Shown here piece after piece: positions 23,022 through 36,272 of a stretch of 64,000 bases of DNA. Source of the stretch: Raillietiella orientalis (Eukaryota). Position 1 is the stretch's first letter. Each line of letters starts with the position of its first letter. Location of the stretch: contig JAYWIR010000033.1 of NCBI GenBank assembly GCA_036172245.1, positions 124,001 through 188,000 of the forward strand, written 5' to 3'. Position numbers and translations under genes: made by a program. Below the pieces are notes generated by a model that worked only from the letters and a program-made list of their open reading frames with translations, was not told the DNA's origin and did not search any database.

Positions 23022-25720
23022 ATTCAACCGGATTCCGATGGTGCGTTTATTGCTAAATGAACTTTTACCAAGACGTGCAGTGGCTGGACAAATGCTCCCG
23101 CCACGCACAAAAAAACACAGAGCTTTTCAAGTCACAGGTTTGCAGGACGGAACGGTCCACCGAGGCCGAAGTGGAAGGGTGAAAAAACAAAATACCAAGC
23201 AAAAAGAATCAAAGAGTGGGAGGGAACGGGAAAGGATCACTTTTGCTGCAGGGGCTGCATCGTTCCTCTCAGGAAGCTGGCAAGCTCTTTTTGCATTTGA
23301 AGATATAGATTTTGCCATCGTGACGCTTCTCTCAAGAATTGGTAGGCGCACTGGTTGGCATCCTGATCGCTTGGCACTCCCGCCGCCGTGCTCCATGCGG
23401 CGACGTTCCCACGGAGGCAGAACGAGGCTGCAATCGAGGACTCTGGCCGAGGAGCGTCGGCAACGAAAAAGGCTTTCAGAGAGTCCCTGTGGTTGCCGCA
23501 GGGGATACCGACGGTCGCGGCAAAGCGGAACCAAAGGGACCCAAGAGAAACACGATCCACTAGGAGGTCTGGGATGGAGTCCCGTACCCGCTCCTTACAC
23601 AATTGGGGTCCATTGCACCCCAGTTCCAGTGTTGTCTGCGTGTGTTGCAGGGGGGTCTAAAATGCTTCAACAGGAGCGCCGAATGCAGCCTTTAGAAGGA
23701 ATGGGTGGAACTGTTCATAAGAAACAAGAGCCACTTCAGATGTTCATTCGGTACATCGAGCAGCGCTCCCCAGCGCAGAAGTAGATAGGGAAGTGTACTC
23801 TCGGTCGCAGCATAAGTTAACTTTCCCGTCTTCCACTCTTTCTGCTGCTTGTCCTTCCCGGTGATTTTTATTCTAACCTCCCACTTTTCCGCAACATCGC
23901 TGTCCTGATCTTCAAGTAGAAAGTCCAGCGCAGCAGTGAGGGGGGCTCTTCCATCCCACGCACTCCTCTTAGGATGCAATAAGATCTCAAGGAGCGTGCA
24001 ACTTCTGTATCCCATAAACAGGAACTTTCGTTCCTGTTGAGAGAGTTGCATGCCGAACTGTCCCTATGTTCGAACGGTTTTCCGCAACCAGGCACTACCG
24101 TACATGTGGCGACAGGTGAACCAACTCTTTACTTGTCAGCGCAGCCTCCCTCCAGAGCTCGAGTCCGCATCGGTAGACGCGGCGACGGGACGCAAGAAAG
24201 GACGCGAGTTCCGTCTTTCCGGTAGCTTGCTGAAGTTGGAGACGTGCAGGGACGCACCAGCAGGTGCACCACAACTCCGGAACAAGTGCCAACATTCGAA
24301 ATTAGAGCAGAAGCTTTAGGCGCTATTATGTGAAGAGGTTGAGAGCACCTTGCCGACGCGTAGCACACAAGTCCTTTATGCCGAGTAGGGCCCACTTGTT
24401 GCCCCAAAGGGCGTTACGGAGGAAGAACTTCGTTCGCTTTTTTATCCACTTTGTGGGGGGGTAAACAAGAAGCAGGGTTCGGAGTAAAGAAGCCGCGAAC
24501 GTGTTCCAAACCGCGGTACGTTCAGGCAGGAGAAATCTGCCGCCTCGGCGCGTTCCGATCGCCGTCTCTACATTCTGGAGGCAGCCGGAGCACGCTTCCG
24601 CAGGGGAGTAGTACCTTAACGTCACACCAAGGTACTTGAAGTACCTCACCGTGGGGATCCCTAAACGGACCCAGTCCTGGAGCCCTGCCTACGCCCCACC
24701 AACTGGAATCACGGACGACTTCGCCCTGTTCACCGTAAGTCCGGTTTCCGATCCAGCAGGTCGAGGATCTTCTTGAATACAAAGCCCGTTTGGACATAGG
24801 GAACAGCAGCAGAAGGTCGTCCTCGCAAGCTTACACCGCGATCGTAGCGCCGCAGTCGTGCGGCAGGTGCGCCAGAGTTTCCCTGTACGCTCTAAGTACC
24901 ACCTCAATGTAGGTACTGAAGAGCAACTTGCTCTGGCTCTCTCCCTTTCGTTTGCCACGTTGTAGTGGCACGCCGCGCACGGTCTGCCCGCTGGAAGTAA
25001 GAGTGATTAGCGCGTAGCTCCAGCTGGAGCGCTGATAGACTAGTAATGAGGCCGTGAAGCTAAAGGGTTCCAAAAGCTCCAGCAGGAGATTCTGGTCGAC
25101 GCTTTCGGATGCTTTACGCAAGTCGAAAGTGACCGTAAGAGCTCCCTTCATCACCCAACCATGCGTCTAATGGCTGAGGGACTTTGCGGAATTTCCGTTG
25201 CGCATCAAATCCCTTACCTGTTTGAGCTCTATCGAGGTGAAAGCGTGGAACAGGTTCGCCTCCCTACTTCGCACGAGAACAGCATACGTCTGTTCTGGGC
25301 TAATGAAGGGGTTTGCAGCTCGTAACAAGCCCTGAACCCAAACCTTAGCTATCAACTTCGCATCCGCATTCACAATTGTGATAGGACGCAAGTTGTTCAT
25401 GCTCCTCAGATCTCCTACCTTAGGGAAAAGCCGCACCTTTGCCGAACGAAACGAGGCGCAGCCTGACTTGCGTATCAGCAAGGTGAGTTGATGTACCAGG
25501 TAGTTAGCTCAACCGCGAAAGTTTGATGAAACTCCGCGGACAGGCCGTCCTCTCCTGCACCCTTGTGTTTCTAGAGATTTCCGATGACCGTGATGATCTC
25601 GTTCATCGTAAAAAACTCGTCGAGGGACTTTTTGTCCTCCTCCCCTATCTCATGAGCGCCTTTCGGATGCAAGAGTCGTGAGACATTGTGCTCGGGAGGC
25701 GCCCTGGCTTACAGGGGGGC
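23022..25720 (-). mobile_element. L1/Tx1-like 3' half (RT, zinc finger, 3' end), antisense
   Basis: KVRLFPKVGDLRSMNNLRPITIVNADAKLIAKVW, FDLRKASESVDQ, YFKYLGV; AATAAACG on the minus strand at 23044-23051. Confidence 0.9.
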
Positions 25721-25723
25721 GTT

Positions 25724-27510
25724 CAGACGTGTTTTTTCTGCGCTTTTGCCGCATAAGATTCCGAAGCCTTTTTTTAGCATGTTTGTGAGTGGTACATCGC
25801 CGGTGTCCCATGGCAGGAATGCCTATGGGCACTGCGATGGAGATTGGAGAGGGAGAAACTTGTTCCTCTCCCCAACCCACGCAGGTGGAATAAACCACCC
25901 TCACGGAAGAGAGGGCAACCGTCCCCTTGAAAAAGGGGGCAACCGCCCTTCTGAAAAACGGTGCAACCGCCCCCTTGGATTAGAACGCAAACACCCTCCT
26001 GGAATAGAGTGAAACCGCCTTCTTGGAAAAGGGGACAACTGCGTTTGCGGATCCGTGTTCTCCAAACACGAAAACCTAGAGCTCCGTGGCTGCAGCACCA
26101 TCTCCTGCAGCCTTAGCAAAACAACACGCTTACTTGGGAACAAGATAGGTTCCGAACTTGATGTACAAGGTAGGAAATCTGTTCGTTGGAAATGACGCTT
26201 GCCATTCCCAGAGGAGACTAAAGCGGCTACAAGTTAAAGAGTAGGACCTGGAAGGTCTGTCAGTTCTCAGTGGGGGCCTACGGGTGGCCCTTACTTGCAG
26301 AGATGCAAGCCTGTCTTAAGGCCTGCTGAATACTCTCCTCATGTTGGAAGGCAAGAAGTTCTTTCCAGTAACCGAGGATCGCTCTGTATTAGCGCATCAC
26401 TCATGAGTAACCCTTTGCACGTCAAAAACCGGTGTGAAGGAGGAATTGAGTAAATTCAGAACGGAACACGGGGTATGGACCAAGCCGAAGTCTTCAAAAG
26501 TTACGGAAGTTTGTTCAGTAGCACGGCTTCTGCGGGTGTGGCCGTTCACGAGAACGGTGTGCTACCTTATAAACTCGGCGTCGGCAACGATACCGTCGAC
26601 GTCTGCTACGTGGGTTAGTCCAAGAACTGTGGACACTGCGATGCCACAAGACACCTTAATAAACGATGTCCCACATCAATGGTTTCCACTGCGGCGAAAA
26701 AGGCAACCTGCGGAAGATGTGTCCAAAAGGCGAATCCCCGTTTCCCCCTGCATTGAAAAAAGCCAAGGGGAATCACGCGGGGCGAATGGAAAATCCTAAG
26801 GAGGCGCCCGAAAGGCGGAACCCACAGCCAGAGCCCGAACCCGTTCAGCAAATGCCGGTCGAGGATAATCCCGACGAGGCTGGAGAGAGCGAAGGCTAGC
26901 GTAAGGCGGACCGCATAAGTAAGAATATCAAGAAAACCTTAGGCACGACAGCGGAACACACGATATCTCCATTAAATAGGAGACAACGCCGCGCATTGCT
27001 TCGCGAATGTTCGGTTTCCTTGGAGTGCGTGGAGGTCCCCGAGACCGAAACCGGAGGAGATATACTTCGCCTCGTTGACGGCGAAGTCGCGACCGCGGAA
27101 GGCAAACCCTCTGCGCAAACAGAGGAAGAACAGCGCGACGCGCTCGCCGCAATCGAGGAGGCCGCGTTCCAAAAGGCGGCGGAAGAGCTCGCAGCCGAAA
27201 TCGCCGACCGTTAGAACCGAGCGAGTATGGCCTTACAAAGGCCAGCAGCGAGTAACGCACCTTCGATAGGTGACCACGACCCGTATGGGGAAGTGCGTAA
27301 TCCTCCGCGGAGGCGCCTTCGAAGAAGATTTGACGGAAGTCCAACAAACCGAAGAGGCGCATTACGACGAAGAAGGAGGGGACACACCGGTAACCGAGAG
27401 GGAAGCCGACACCGTGGGAACGGAGGAAGGAATTTCCCCACTATCCGCTACCGAGCAGCTTGCCAACCCTATGGAGGAGGGGGAGCAGGTAAGTGATTGC
27501 TTCTCCCTTC
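25724..27510 (+). mobile_element. L1/Tx1-like 5' UTR and ORF1 pseudogene
   Basis: GACGTGTTTT start, LMYKVGNLF, degenerate zinc knuckles at ~26620-26720, EEAAFQKAAEELA. Confidence 0.85.
25914..26045 (+). repeat. Degenerate 24-bp tandem repeat (5-6 units) in the ORF1 N-terminus
   Basis: Units like GGCAACCGCCCCCTTGAAAAAGGG. Homologous arrays at ~33950-34080, 41955-42140 (minus) and 51362-51490. Confidence 0.8.
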
Positions 27511-27520
27511 CATCGGTGGG

Positions 27521-29220
27521 CCGACGTGTGTTTCCTTCGTTCCCGAGTGAGTCGACCGGAAGCGGTTTCTTCCGTGTTGTTTTTGTGTGGAACGTAGTTG
27601 GTGTCGGATAGCAACCTTCCCTGAGAACTCCACGATGGAAGTAGGTGTGGAAGGGGCTTGTCCATCCCCACAGCCTACTGGATCAGGGAAATCCGCCCCG
27701 GAGTGATCCCCGGCGACTCCGAGCACGTGAAGCGTTATGGTGGATGCGTTTAGCGCAACAGCCATGGCGGAGATGGCCGACTACCGGGCAGCTGGGTACA
27801 AGCCTAGCTTAGTATACCGTGTAGGCAATCTTTTTGATGGGCGAACTGCACGCAGCTTTACGAAGGCGCTCCAGAACACCAACGTACTAGAAAAGGATCT
27901 TAATGGTCTATCTATGCTTCACGGGGGTCAGCTCGTCGAGGTTGTTTGTAAGGACATTATTTTCGCGCAAAATCTGATCACCACCCCGCAGAACATGGAT
28001 GAGCGCATGATCCTGCCAGTGACGATGGACCGCTCCGTAGTGGTCCATCTGAATGTTATCACCAGCCGCATGACGTGGTCTGCGGTTGGTGAAGAACTGC
28101 AGAAGTTCGGTGAGGTAGACGCGCTGTGACCAAAGGCCACTATCTTCGAGGGCTACAATAGCCTTTTCGTGGGGCAGCCTGCCGCGCAGGTGTCTGTGAC
28201 CGAGGGTGGAGCGCCACCTTACAAGTTGGGGGTCTGCCAGGAAGCGGTAAACATCTGGTACGTGGGGAAACGCCGCTACCGTGGGAACTGTAGCACAGTA
28301 GGTCACCTCCGCAAAAGGTGCCTAAATAAACAGTGCCACCTGCGTGGGAATCAAAGCCTCGATCGGCGAGTGTGCCCCAAGCGCCCCAGCCCGGTGCAAG
28401 CTGCCGCAAAAAGGCGCAGGAGAAAAAACGAAAGAGGTCGCAAGGCCTATAGTTGAAAGTGGCCGGCAGAAGCTGTTAGCACCTCAACCTCCGAAGCAAA
28501 ACTCGGAGGAACAACCTTCCTAAGTAGTGGGAGGGGCAGACGTTTGGCAGGATATAGAAGCCCGTTCGGAAAAAAGGTTCTCAACCAGGAAGCCGCAAGA
28601 GCGGATAAAAAGCCGGCCGGTAAGGAGACAAAACCTGGGCCGCGCTCCGAGGCTTAGCGGGAGTGCACGATGGCACTCGAATGCATTGCTTTTCCCGAGG
28701 TTGCCACACTGGGCGACGAGCTTCTCCTCGCCGTTTCCGCAGCGCCCGAAGCTTGCGACGGCGAACCCTCTGTACAAACAGAGGGTGAGCCGAATGACGC
28801 GCGAGCCGAAAGCGAGGACGTTGCATTCGCGCAGGCGGCGGAGCTCGCGGCCACACTGGTTGAGCGTGAGGACCTCTCTTGCAAGGTGTTGCGTAGGCCA
28901 ACTACGGCAAAGAAAACCTTCACAGGTTAGTTAGACCTTGGGGCAAGTACACATCCTTCACCTCGGAGTCACCCTTTAGAAAGTCGGGACGCAAGTTACA
29001 GAATCCCAGGAGGTGCCTCCCCTCCTCCAGCGAGGAGGAGAAGCAGGAATGTAGCGGAAGCGTGAGAATCCCTTGGAGGGAAGTCCCGCGCTCTGAATCC
29101 GTCGAACCGGCCCTCCCCATGGACGGCGGTGAGTTGGGGGGTTAAGTCCTGTCTGCAGTAGCCAAGCATAAACAGCCCGCCCTCATGGAGGAAGGCCAAC
29201 AGGTGTCGTACGTCTGCTAC
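27521..29220 (+). mobile_element. Second ORF1 pseudogene (different subfamily) with 5' UTR
   Basis: GACGTGTGTTT start, GYKPSLVYRVGNLF, IWYVGKRRYRGNCSTVGHLRKRC, EDVAFAQAAELA. Confidence 0.85.
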
Positions 29221-29239
29221 GTACACCTGTTTTTTGGGG

Positions 29240-31370
29240 GAATCGCCGCCTCCACCCCTTCACGGAGGATAGATCCATCCTGATCCACCTCCTCGGGATC
29301 ACCTTCCGGATGGCCAAAGAGGCTGTCCGAAAGGAATTATTAAAATTTGGCACCGTGAACGCGCTCTGGAAAAAGCCTACTCCGTTTTGGGAGTATGATC
29401 TTCCCAATTGCTGTCTGGCTTGCGCGCGAATCACGGTGCGCGAAACTTGCTCCTTACCAAACTAGCTGGAGGTCAACGACGAGCCCGTTGACATTTAGTG
29501 TGTTGGAAAGCCGCATTTTTGCGGGCATTGCAGCACTTGAGGTCACCTGAAAAAAAGATACCCCTACTTGCAGTGCAAGCAATGCCAGCAACCCAGGCAC
29601 ACTTTTCCGGTGTGCCCTGCAAATCAAGTCGGCGTCACGTCCACACGGAATGCTAACCACCGCGGCCAAAAAAAAGAGTTCTGGCAGCGTGAGAGCGAGC
29701 CGTCGCTAAAGAACCAGCTATCGTGCCCCAGGTAGAAGTCCGCTCCGAGATCCCGGAAAACTTGGACAAGGTCAAGGAGAACGGCCAGGAACATGGAGGG
29801 CAGGTAGTAGAATCCAAGCCGCAGAAAAACCTCAAGGAACCAAGAAAAAATTTCGCAAAACGCAGCGAGAATCTGCCGAGTCACGAAAAGAGCAAACGCT
29901 GCTCTGTGGTCATCAAGCGCATTCCTGCGGTCGAGCAGAGTGGCGAAATTGAACTCTTCGCTGCCCACTCTCAGCCCTTCGGCAAATTAATGCCGGTGGA
30001 TACCGAACTGGCGGTATTGTTTGTCGTCTAGCTCCTGCTCGACGACGTCGCCTTTGAGCGAGCGGCGGTGGAGCTCTTTGCGTCCTTGCAGCGTCTTCCC
30101 AAATCCGCGAAAAAGGCCTTAAGGCGTCCGACCTCGATCAAGAAGTCGGAGATTCTCAACTCTGACGCAGAGGCGGAAAACACAGACTGCGGCCTCGCGG
30201 CCTCGCGCCCGAGGGCTAGTGGCACGAAGAAGGCTTCCCGCAAAATGATCCCGTCCATTGAAAATGGTGACAATCAAGGGAAGCGAGCGTGCGAAGAGAG
30301 TGGTGAACTCCGGGGACTCTCCTCCAGAGGTAATCCCACGCTGGGACGCCAAAAGAAGGGAAAAGGTAGAGTCTGTGCCCCAGGTGATTCAACTGCCTGA
30401 GATGGCCGCGGAATCCTTACTCGTCTCTCATACCTGTTCCTTGACAGGAGCTGCAACGCGACGTTTGCAGCCTTAATGGCTGAAATCGCCTCTTGCCGCC
30501 TTCTGCGAATTGCCTGTTGCAACGTCAACGGGCTAAGCGACAACGGAAAGAGACGAGAGGTGGCCGCCACCCTGGCTTCGTTTGACCTGGTGCTACTGCA
30601 GGAGATCCACGCGATCTCCGCAGACCAAGCAGCGAAGATCTAGAGTATCTCGGGTGCACGGCTGCAGTATCGCTGCGGCGCCGTTAAATATTCCGGTGTC
30701 GCGTTCGCGCTTCTGCCAGCTGTCGAGGCCACGTCAAAGGGCGTACGGTTCGATAGTGCCGGTCGAGTCGGGCAGTTGACCATAAGGCGGTCCGACTCCA
30801 TCGATCTGGTCATTACCAAGTGTACGCCCTAAGCGACAGCGACGCGTTAAGGGCAAAGGCAAGGAGAGACTTCTTCCTTACCCTGAGGAACGAATATCTG
30901 AACGAAGCGGGAGAGCGCAAAGCGCACCGAATCGCAGGTGACTCCAACCTTCACCTGCTGTCCGGTGTGTCCGACACTCTTCGGAACCGTGTGAACGAGC
31001 TGTGCGCAGAGATGCACACGTGCAACTTGTCCACGGTAGATCCGGAAATAACCGACAGCATACATCTCGTGTTTCTTTACCAGCACCCATGCTCACGCCT
31101 AAGCAGGCGGGGCAAGTTACGTTCGGAACTGTCGGACCATGACCGGATCGTACTGGATTTGCGCCTACGCGATAGGGAACCCCGTCATCTGCGTGGCGAT
31201 TACCATCTGCGAGGGGGACTGCCTGAAAATTCCGGTAGCCGCGGAACATCTCCGCGGGTTTCTACGAGGTTACAGCTTGCAGACCCTTCAGGACTGGGAC
31301 CAATTCAAGCGCTCGGTCCGGAAGTTTTTGGACGAGATCTCTATGATCCTCCTATCTGCCGGGTCAGGCG
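29240..31370 (+). mobile_element. 5'-truncated ORF1 plus APE endonuclease pseudogene
   Basis: Two CCHC knuckles at ~29520-29620. ORF2 ATG at 30476: LRIACCNVNG..DLVLLQEIH, AGDSN, LSDH. Confidence 0.9.
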
Positions 31371-33758
31371 TGGCCACCCGGGTACGACCGGGGCGTTTAT
31401 TGAACAAAACTCTCTATGAAACGTGGAATAAGGCCTCATTGCGTCCTCAGACACGGGACGTGTCGGGACACCGGGAATAAGCCCGTCGTGGCACTCCCCG
31501 ACAGCGAAATGAGATGGGGGGAATACCAAAAAAGAAATTGAAGAGATAAACAAACAAAAAGCGTTTGGAGAGCAGGGAAGGGATCACCGGACGCTGTGAA
31601 AAGGGTCCTTTGGTCGAAGGAAGCCCTCGAAGTCTGTATGCATAGTTCCCAGATGGAATTATCAAGCAGCTCTTCGCAAGAGGCGTACTGCATGCTGGAT
31701 GACTTCCCTCTCGTTCCAATCTTCATTTTTGCTGCTGGCGTCGCTCCAAGCCGCCACGATGCCTCGAACGCAGCAAATAGCCGCGAGGGCTGTTGATGGC
31801 TGCAGAGCGTACCGTACAAAGAGAAGGCGGAAAACGTCTCTGGTGCAATGCACATTGGGAGCCCGAGGCTCGTCTTGAACCGTTGCTAAAGTGGTCGGAG
31901 AGCATAAGAATTGAATGTAAGTTGGAAGAGCAATTCCCGCTCTTCGCACCTGGCACACGCAGGATCCACAGCCTTTTTCGTCTAGTGAAAGCGGCGCGCG
32001 TTGCAGGGTAGACCCCAATCCAACAGGAGCTACGCCGACTGTTGCCACTTGAGAGGCAGGATCCTGGATTCCTTCATAACTGAGGGCCACTTGAGCTCCT
32101 CCCTATAAGCCACTTGAGCTTATCCCTGGGGATGCGAGCAGCACGCCCCTTCTCAATATTCCACGCACCTGGACGCTCGGGGTCGTGGCGTCCGATAGTT
32201 TACCCATGGTCCAGCCGCACAACTTCTTCTCTCCTCCCTAGAAGCAGCAGCAGACTTGCCACATTGGCGTGCGGCCGCTGTGAAGAGCCCTCCTTAGTAA
32301 GCGCATCGCCGTAGCAAGGCAGGTTGTATCGTTCCACGTGCTTGCAGCGCGATTCTCCAAGAGATCCCGCAGCGTGCAGCGGACGTAGGGGCTGCATCGA
32401 AAACGCTTCCAGCCTTCGTGGGTTCTCCGGTTTAACACAGTCCAGGTGCCGATGTTCTCCTCCAACGAGGAGGAGGAGTTGGCACGGCTGCAAATCATAC
32501 AGCGGTTCTCAATGGCCAGGGTTGCCACGCGCCTGTGCAGTAGGCTGGATCTTCTTATTTTTCGACCTGGGCACAGAAGAAAGCACGCGAGTCCTTCGCA
32601 ACATGACACACGGCTCTCTAGAAGGCGGGCTGGAATGCACCAAGAAGCGATGCACATTTTCGCTGCGATGGCGAGGTTCCGCCATGGCAGCTGTTTCTCC
32701 ACGCGTTCCAGCGTCGGGAGGCCAAGACCGCCGTCCCGACGCGGATCGCAGAAGCCCTTTAGAGGGACTCGGGAACTTCCCTTGCCCATATGGGCTATGC
32801 GGAGGAGGTCATCCGTCCTCTTCTTAATCTCTAATGGAGCGAGGCAAACAAAAAGCAAGCGGCGCAGGATGGGAGCCTCAATTGCGTTCCGAACCGCTGC
32901 CCGTTCCGGCAAGTGAAACTTGCCTTCCAGAAACGGGCCGAACGCTGTCTCTACTTTTCGGAGGCAGCTAAACCACGCTTCCGCCGGGGAATAGTCATTA
33001 AACGGCACACCAAAGTACTTCGACCACCTGGCCGTGGGGATCCCCAAAGACAACCAGTCCTGCTGCACTGCCCACGCTGCACCTAATGGAACCACCGACG
33101 ACTTCGCCCTGTTAACCTGCAGTCCGGTCCCGCGGCAAAGCAGATCGAAGAAGTCCTCGACTGCCGTTGCCGGAGTGGACATGGGTAACATGAGCAGAAG
33201 ATCGTCAGCGTACGCTGCTATGGCGGGCGTGTCGGGGCACGAGCAAGGGAAGGGAGCCAAGGACACCCTGTACGCTCTCGGCACTAAATAAAAGTAGGTG
33301 CTGAAGTGCACGGGGATGAGACTATCTCCCTGCCATATGCCACGTCGCAAGGGCACACCATACAATTTCTGACTGCTCAAATGGATTGAGATTATCTCAT
33401 TGCGCCAGCAAGAGCACAGGTAGGAAATCAGGGAGGGTGGGAAGCCCACGCGACCCAGGAGCTCCAAGAAGAGTTGCTGGTCCACACAGTCGAATGCCGT
33501 GTGGAGATCTACTGCGAGCGCAAGGCCGCTTGTCCGCCCGAGCATTCCTTCCCAGCCCGGCTGACTGTCCTAATGTGGGGTTGCCGGTTTTCCCTTTCCC
33601 TTCCTTTTTTCTACTCTGCAGGTGCATCCATGTGCACGCCAAGAAAAGGTGGGCATCCATACTTCTCCCGGGAACAGAATAAGTCTCTTCCCGGCTATTT
33701 ATGGATTCTGCCACCTGCTTCAGACGCGAAGCCCATAGCCTTGCTGGCAACTTGGCGG
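31371..33758 (-). mobile_element. L1/Tx1-like 3' half, antisense; best-preserved RT (ORF 32238..33545)
   Basis: VDLHTAFDCVDQ, RRGIWQGDSL, AYADDLLL, GLQVNRAKS, KYFGVP, GGLGLP, and a CARCEE zinc finger; AATAAACG at 31394-31401. Confidence 0.95.
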
Positions 33759-33760
33759 GC

Positions 33761-36272
33761 AAACGTGTTGTTTTCGTGCTCCTCTGCGCCTGTTGTAAAG
33801 GCTTTCGTTGCGTTAGTGTTTGTGTGTGGTGCATCTGCGGTGTGCAATGGCAGAAATTCCAGAGAACACCGCCATGGAGATCGGAGGGGGAGAGGCTTTT
33901 TATACTCCCCAACCCAAAGAGGTGGGGGCGACGGCCCCCACGGAGACAAGGACAATTACCTTCTTGAAAAAGGGATTAACCGTCCTGTCGTAAGCGAGGG
34001 CTGCCGCTTCCTGGGAAAACGAAGCAACTGTCCCCGTGCAAAAGTATGCAACCGCCCCCTTGAAAAACGGGGCAAAGGCATAATTGGATACTTCCTCGGC
34101 AACGACGAATACCTGGAACGCCATGAAGCAGCACAATTCCCTGAAGTCATTGGCGAACAGTGTGCCCACAGGGATCAAGGGTATAAACCATCCTTGATTT
34201 ATAAGGCAGAGAACCTTTTTGTTGAAACACCGTTCGGAATTTCGAATGAGAGCTACAGCGTTTGCAGGAAAGAAGCATGGTTGGCACAAAAACTGCTGCG
34301 AACTTTTGTCAGGATCGAAAGTTGCCAGACCTTTCTTGTCCCGGTGGACAACTTAATAGTTGTTTACCTCCGCGGAATCACCTCACGGATGCCACCGAGT
34401 GCCGAGAGGGCTGAATTAAGCGACTTCGGCACCGTGCACGCACTGTGAGCGAAGCCCAACAGACTCCGTACTTATGACGGACTTCTAGGCGTGCTGGCTG
34501 CTGCGCGCATCACGGTTGCCAATGACGTTGGAATTAACCACAAAATTGTTGTCAACGGCGGTACTGTCGACATCTGGTATCTGGGTAAACCCAGATACTG
34601 CGCGTTCTGTGATGCTATGGGACACGTTAAGAAACGTTGTCTAAACATCACCTGCCGCAAGTGCGAGGTGACCCGGCACACGGAAGAAGGCCTTGCCGAA
34701 CTCCCCGTCTGCGGAAACGCATGCAACCGGGGTGGAAGGAGAAGAGTCGGACTGGAAAAATTCAAGCTACAAAGAAGGGAACTTGAAAGAGAAGAATAAA
34801 GTCCCTTGAAAACCTGCGAAACCCACAAAAAATCAGGTGCTGAAGAAACGCACGATCGGACTGGAGAGTCTTACAGATGCAGAAGTGGCATGCTAACAGG
34901 CCTTTGCCGTGTGCAACAACGCCGACAGTCACGTCGCTGTGCGAAGAGCATCCCAGGGCAGTAGTGAGGGGGAAAGCCGCGTTGACGCGATCTTTTCGAA
35001 GGCTGCCGGCGAGTTCGCCGCCGCCGTTCCGCAATCACTTGCAAAAGGCGAGAAGGCCGCTCGGAGTCCGGCCGGAAGGAGGGAGACCGGATCCTCGGAC
35101 TCGGACCCGGAGGCCGGGCACGCATTATCCGTGTCTGCAACACCATGCAAGACCGCAGGAAAAATCCGTAACCCGAGAAGGATCGTTTCCTCCGAGGAGA
35201 AGGAATCTTCCGAAAACGAGGGTGCGTCGAGCGTGGGAGGAATAGACACGAGCTCTGAACTCCCACGGCCGGTCGAGACACAGCTGATCCAATCCGAGGG
35301 GGTACTGGAGGCGTCTCCCACTGCAGACGAGCAAGAAAGCATCCCTCCCGATGGGAAGGCGGGAGACGCTGCATCACGTTCCCAGCGGTAATGCCGGGAC
35401 TCGCCACCTGACGTAAAATCCGCATTGATAGTTGGAACGTCAACGGGCTTTGCGAAGTCGGCAGGAGACCAGACATAGCTGCCACCTTACAAGCCTTCGA
35501 CCTTGTGCTGCTGCCGAAGATCCACCAGATCCCCGCTGAACATGCGCGGGAGATCGAGAGGATAGCAGGTGGTCAGCTAATGTGGCGATGCGCCCACCGC
35601 CGTACACGAGGGGTCGTCTTGCTTCTGAAGCATGCGTTACACCGTTCGGTGAGGAAAGTTCGTTTCGATGACACAGGTCGGGTTGGGCACATCACCTTCA
35701 AGTGGTCAGGCTCGATCGATCTCGTCGTCACGCCCGTGTACGCGCCGAGCGGCGGTCACGTGCGCGTGGCACGGACGGCATTCTTCCGTGCGTTCCAGCG
35801 CGACTGGCTGTCGGAGGCAGGCACGCTCACGGCGCACCTGATGGCCGGCGATTTTAATATTCGCCTGCTATAAGGTGCGGCGAGGACAGAGGCCACCCGT
35901 CTTAACGAGATGTGCGCCACGGTGCACGCATCCAACTTTTTGGCCGGGGATGCCGGGATGGATCGCAGCGTGGACCACGTCTTCCTCAACGTTCACTTGC
36001 GCTGTCACGTGGGCAGGAGAGTCAAGATACATTCCACTCTCTCCGATCACTTCCGTGTAGAATTTGTCTTTCGCCCGCGCGAACCGGGGCCACCCTAGCA
36101 GGCGTTGCGTCTACCGGGGGACTGACTGACGAAGCCAGGCGTAGCGGAACACCACCGCGCGTTCTTGCGAGGTTTCAGCCTGCAGATGCTCGACGACTGT
36201 AACGTTTTGAAAGTCTCGGTGCGAGAGTTCTTCCAGCAGTTCCCCAGGGACCGTCTTTCGAAAGGATTTGGT
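33761..36272 (+). mobile_element. 5' half: UTR, ORF1 and APE
   Basis: GYKPSLIYK, DIWYLGKPRYCAFCDAMGHVKKRC, ORF2 ATG at 35391, WNVNG, VYAP, AGDFN, DHVF, SDH. Confidence 0.92.

Noticed and set aside
25914..26045. CRISPR-like array
   Set aside because: The 24-bp units are contiguous, degenerate and in-frame in ORF1, with no spacers and no cas genes.
32238..33545. Prokaryotic RT system (retron, DGR, group II intron) or an active RT gene
   Set aside because: The context is APE, zinc-knuckle ORF1 and a C-terminal zinc finger, i.e. a eukaryotic non-LTR element. The ORF is a truncated fragment.
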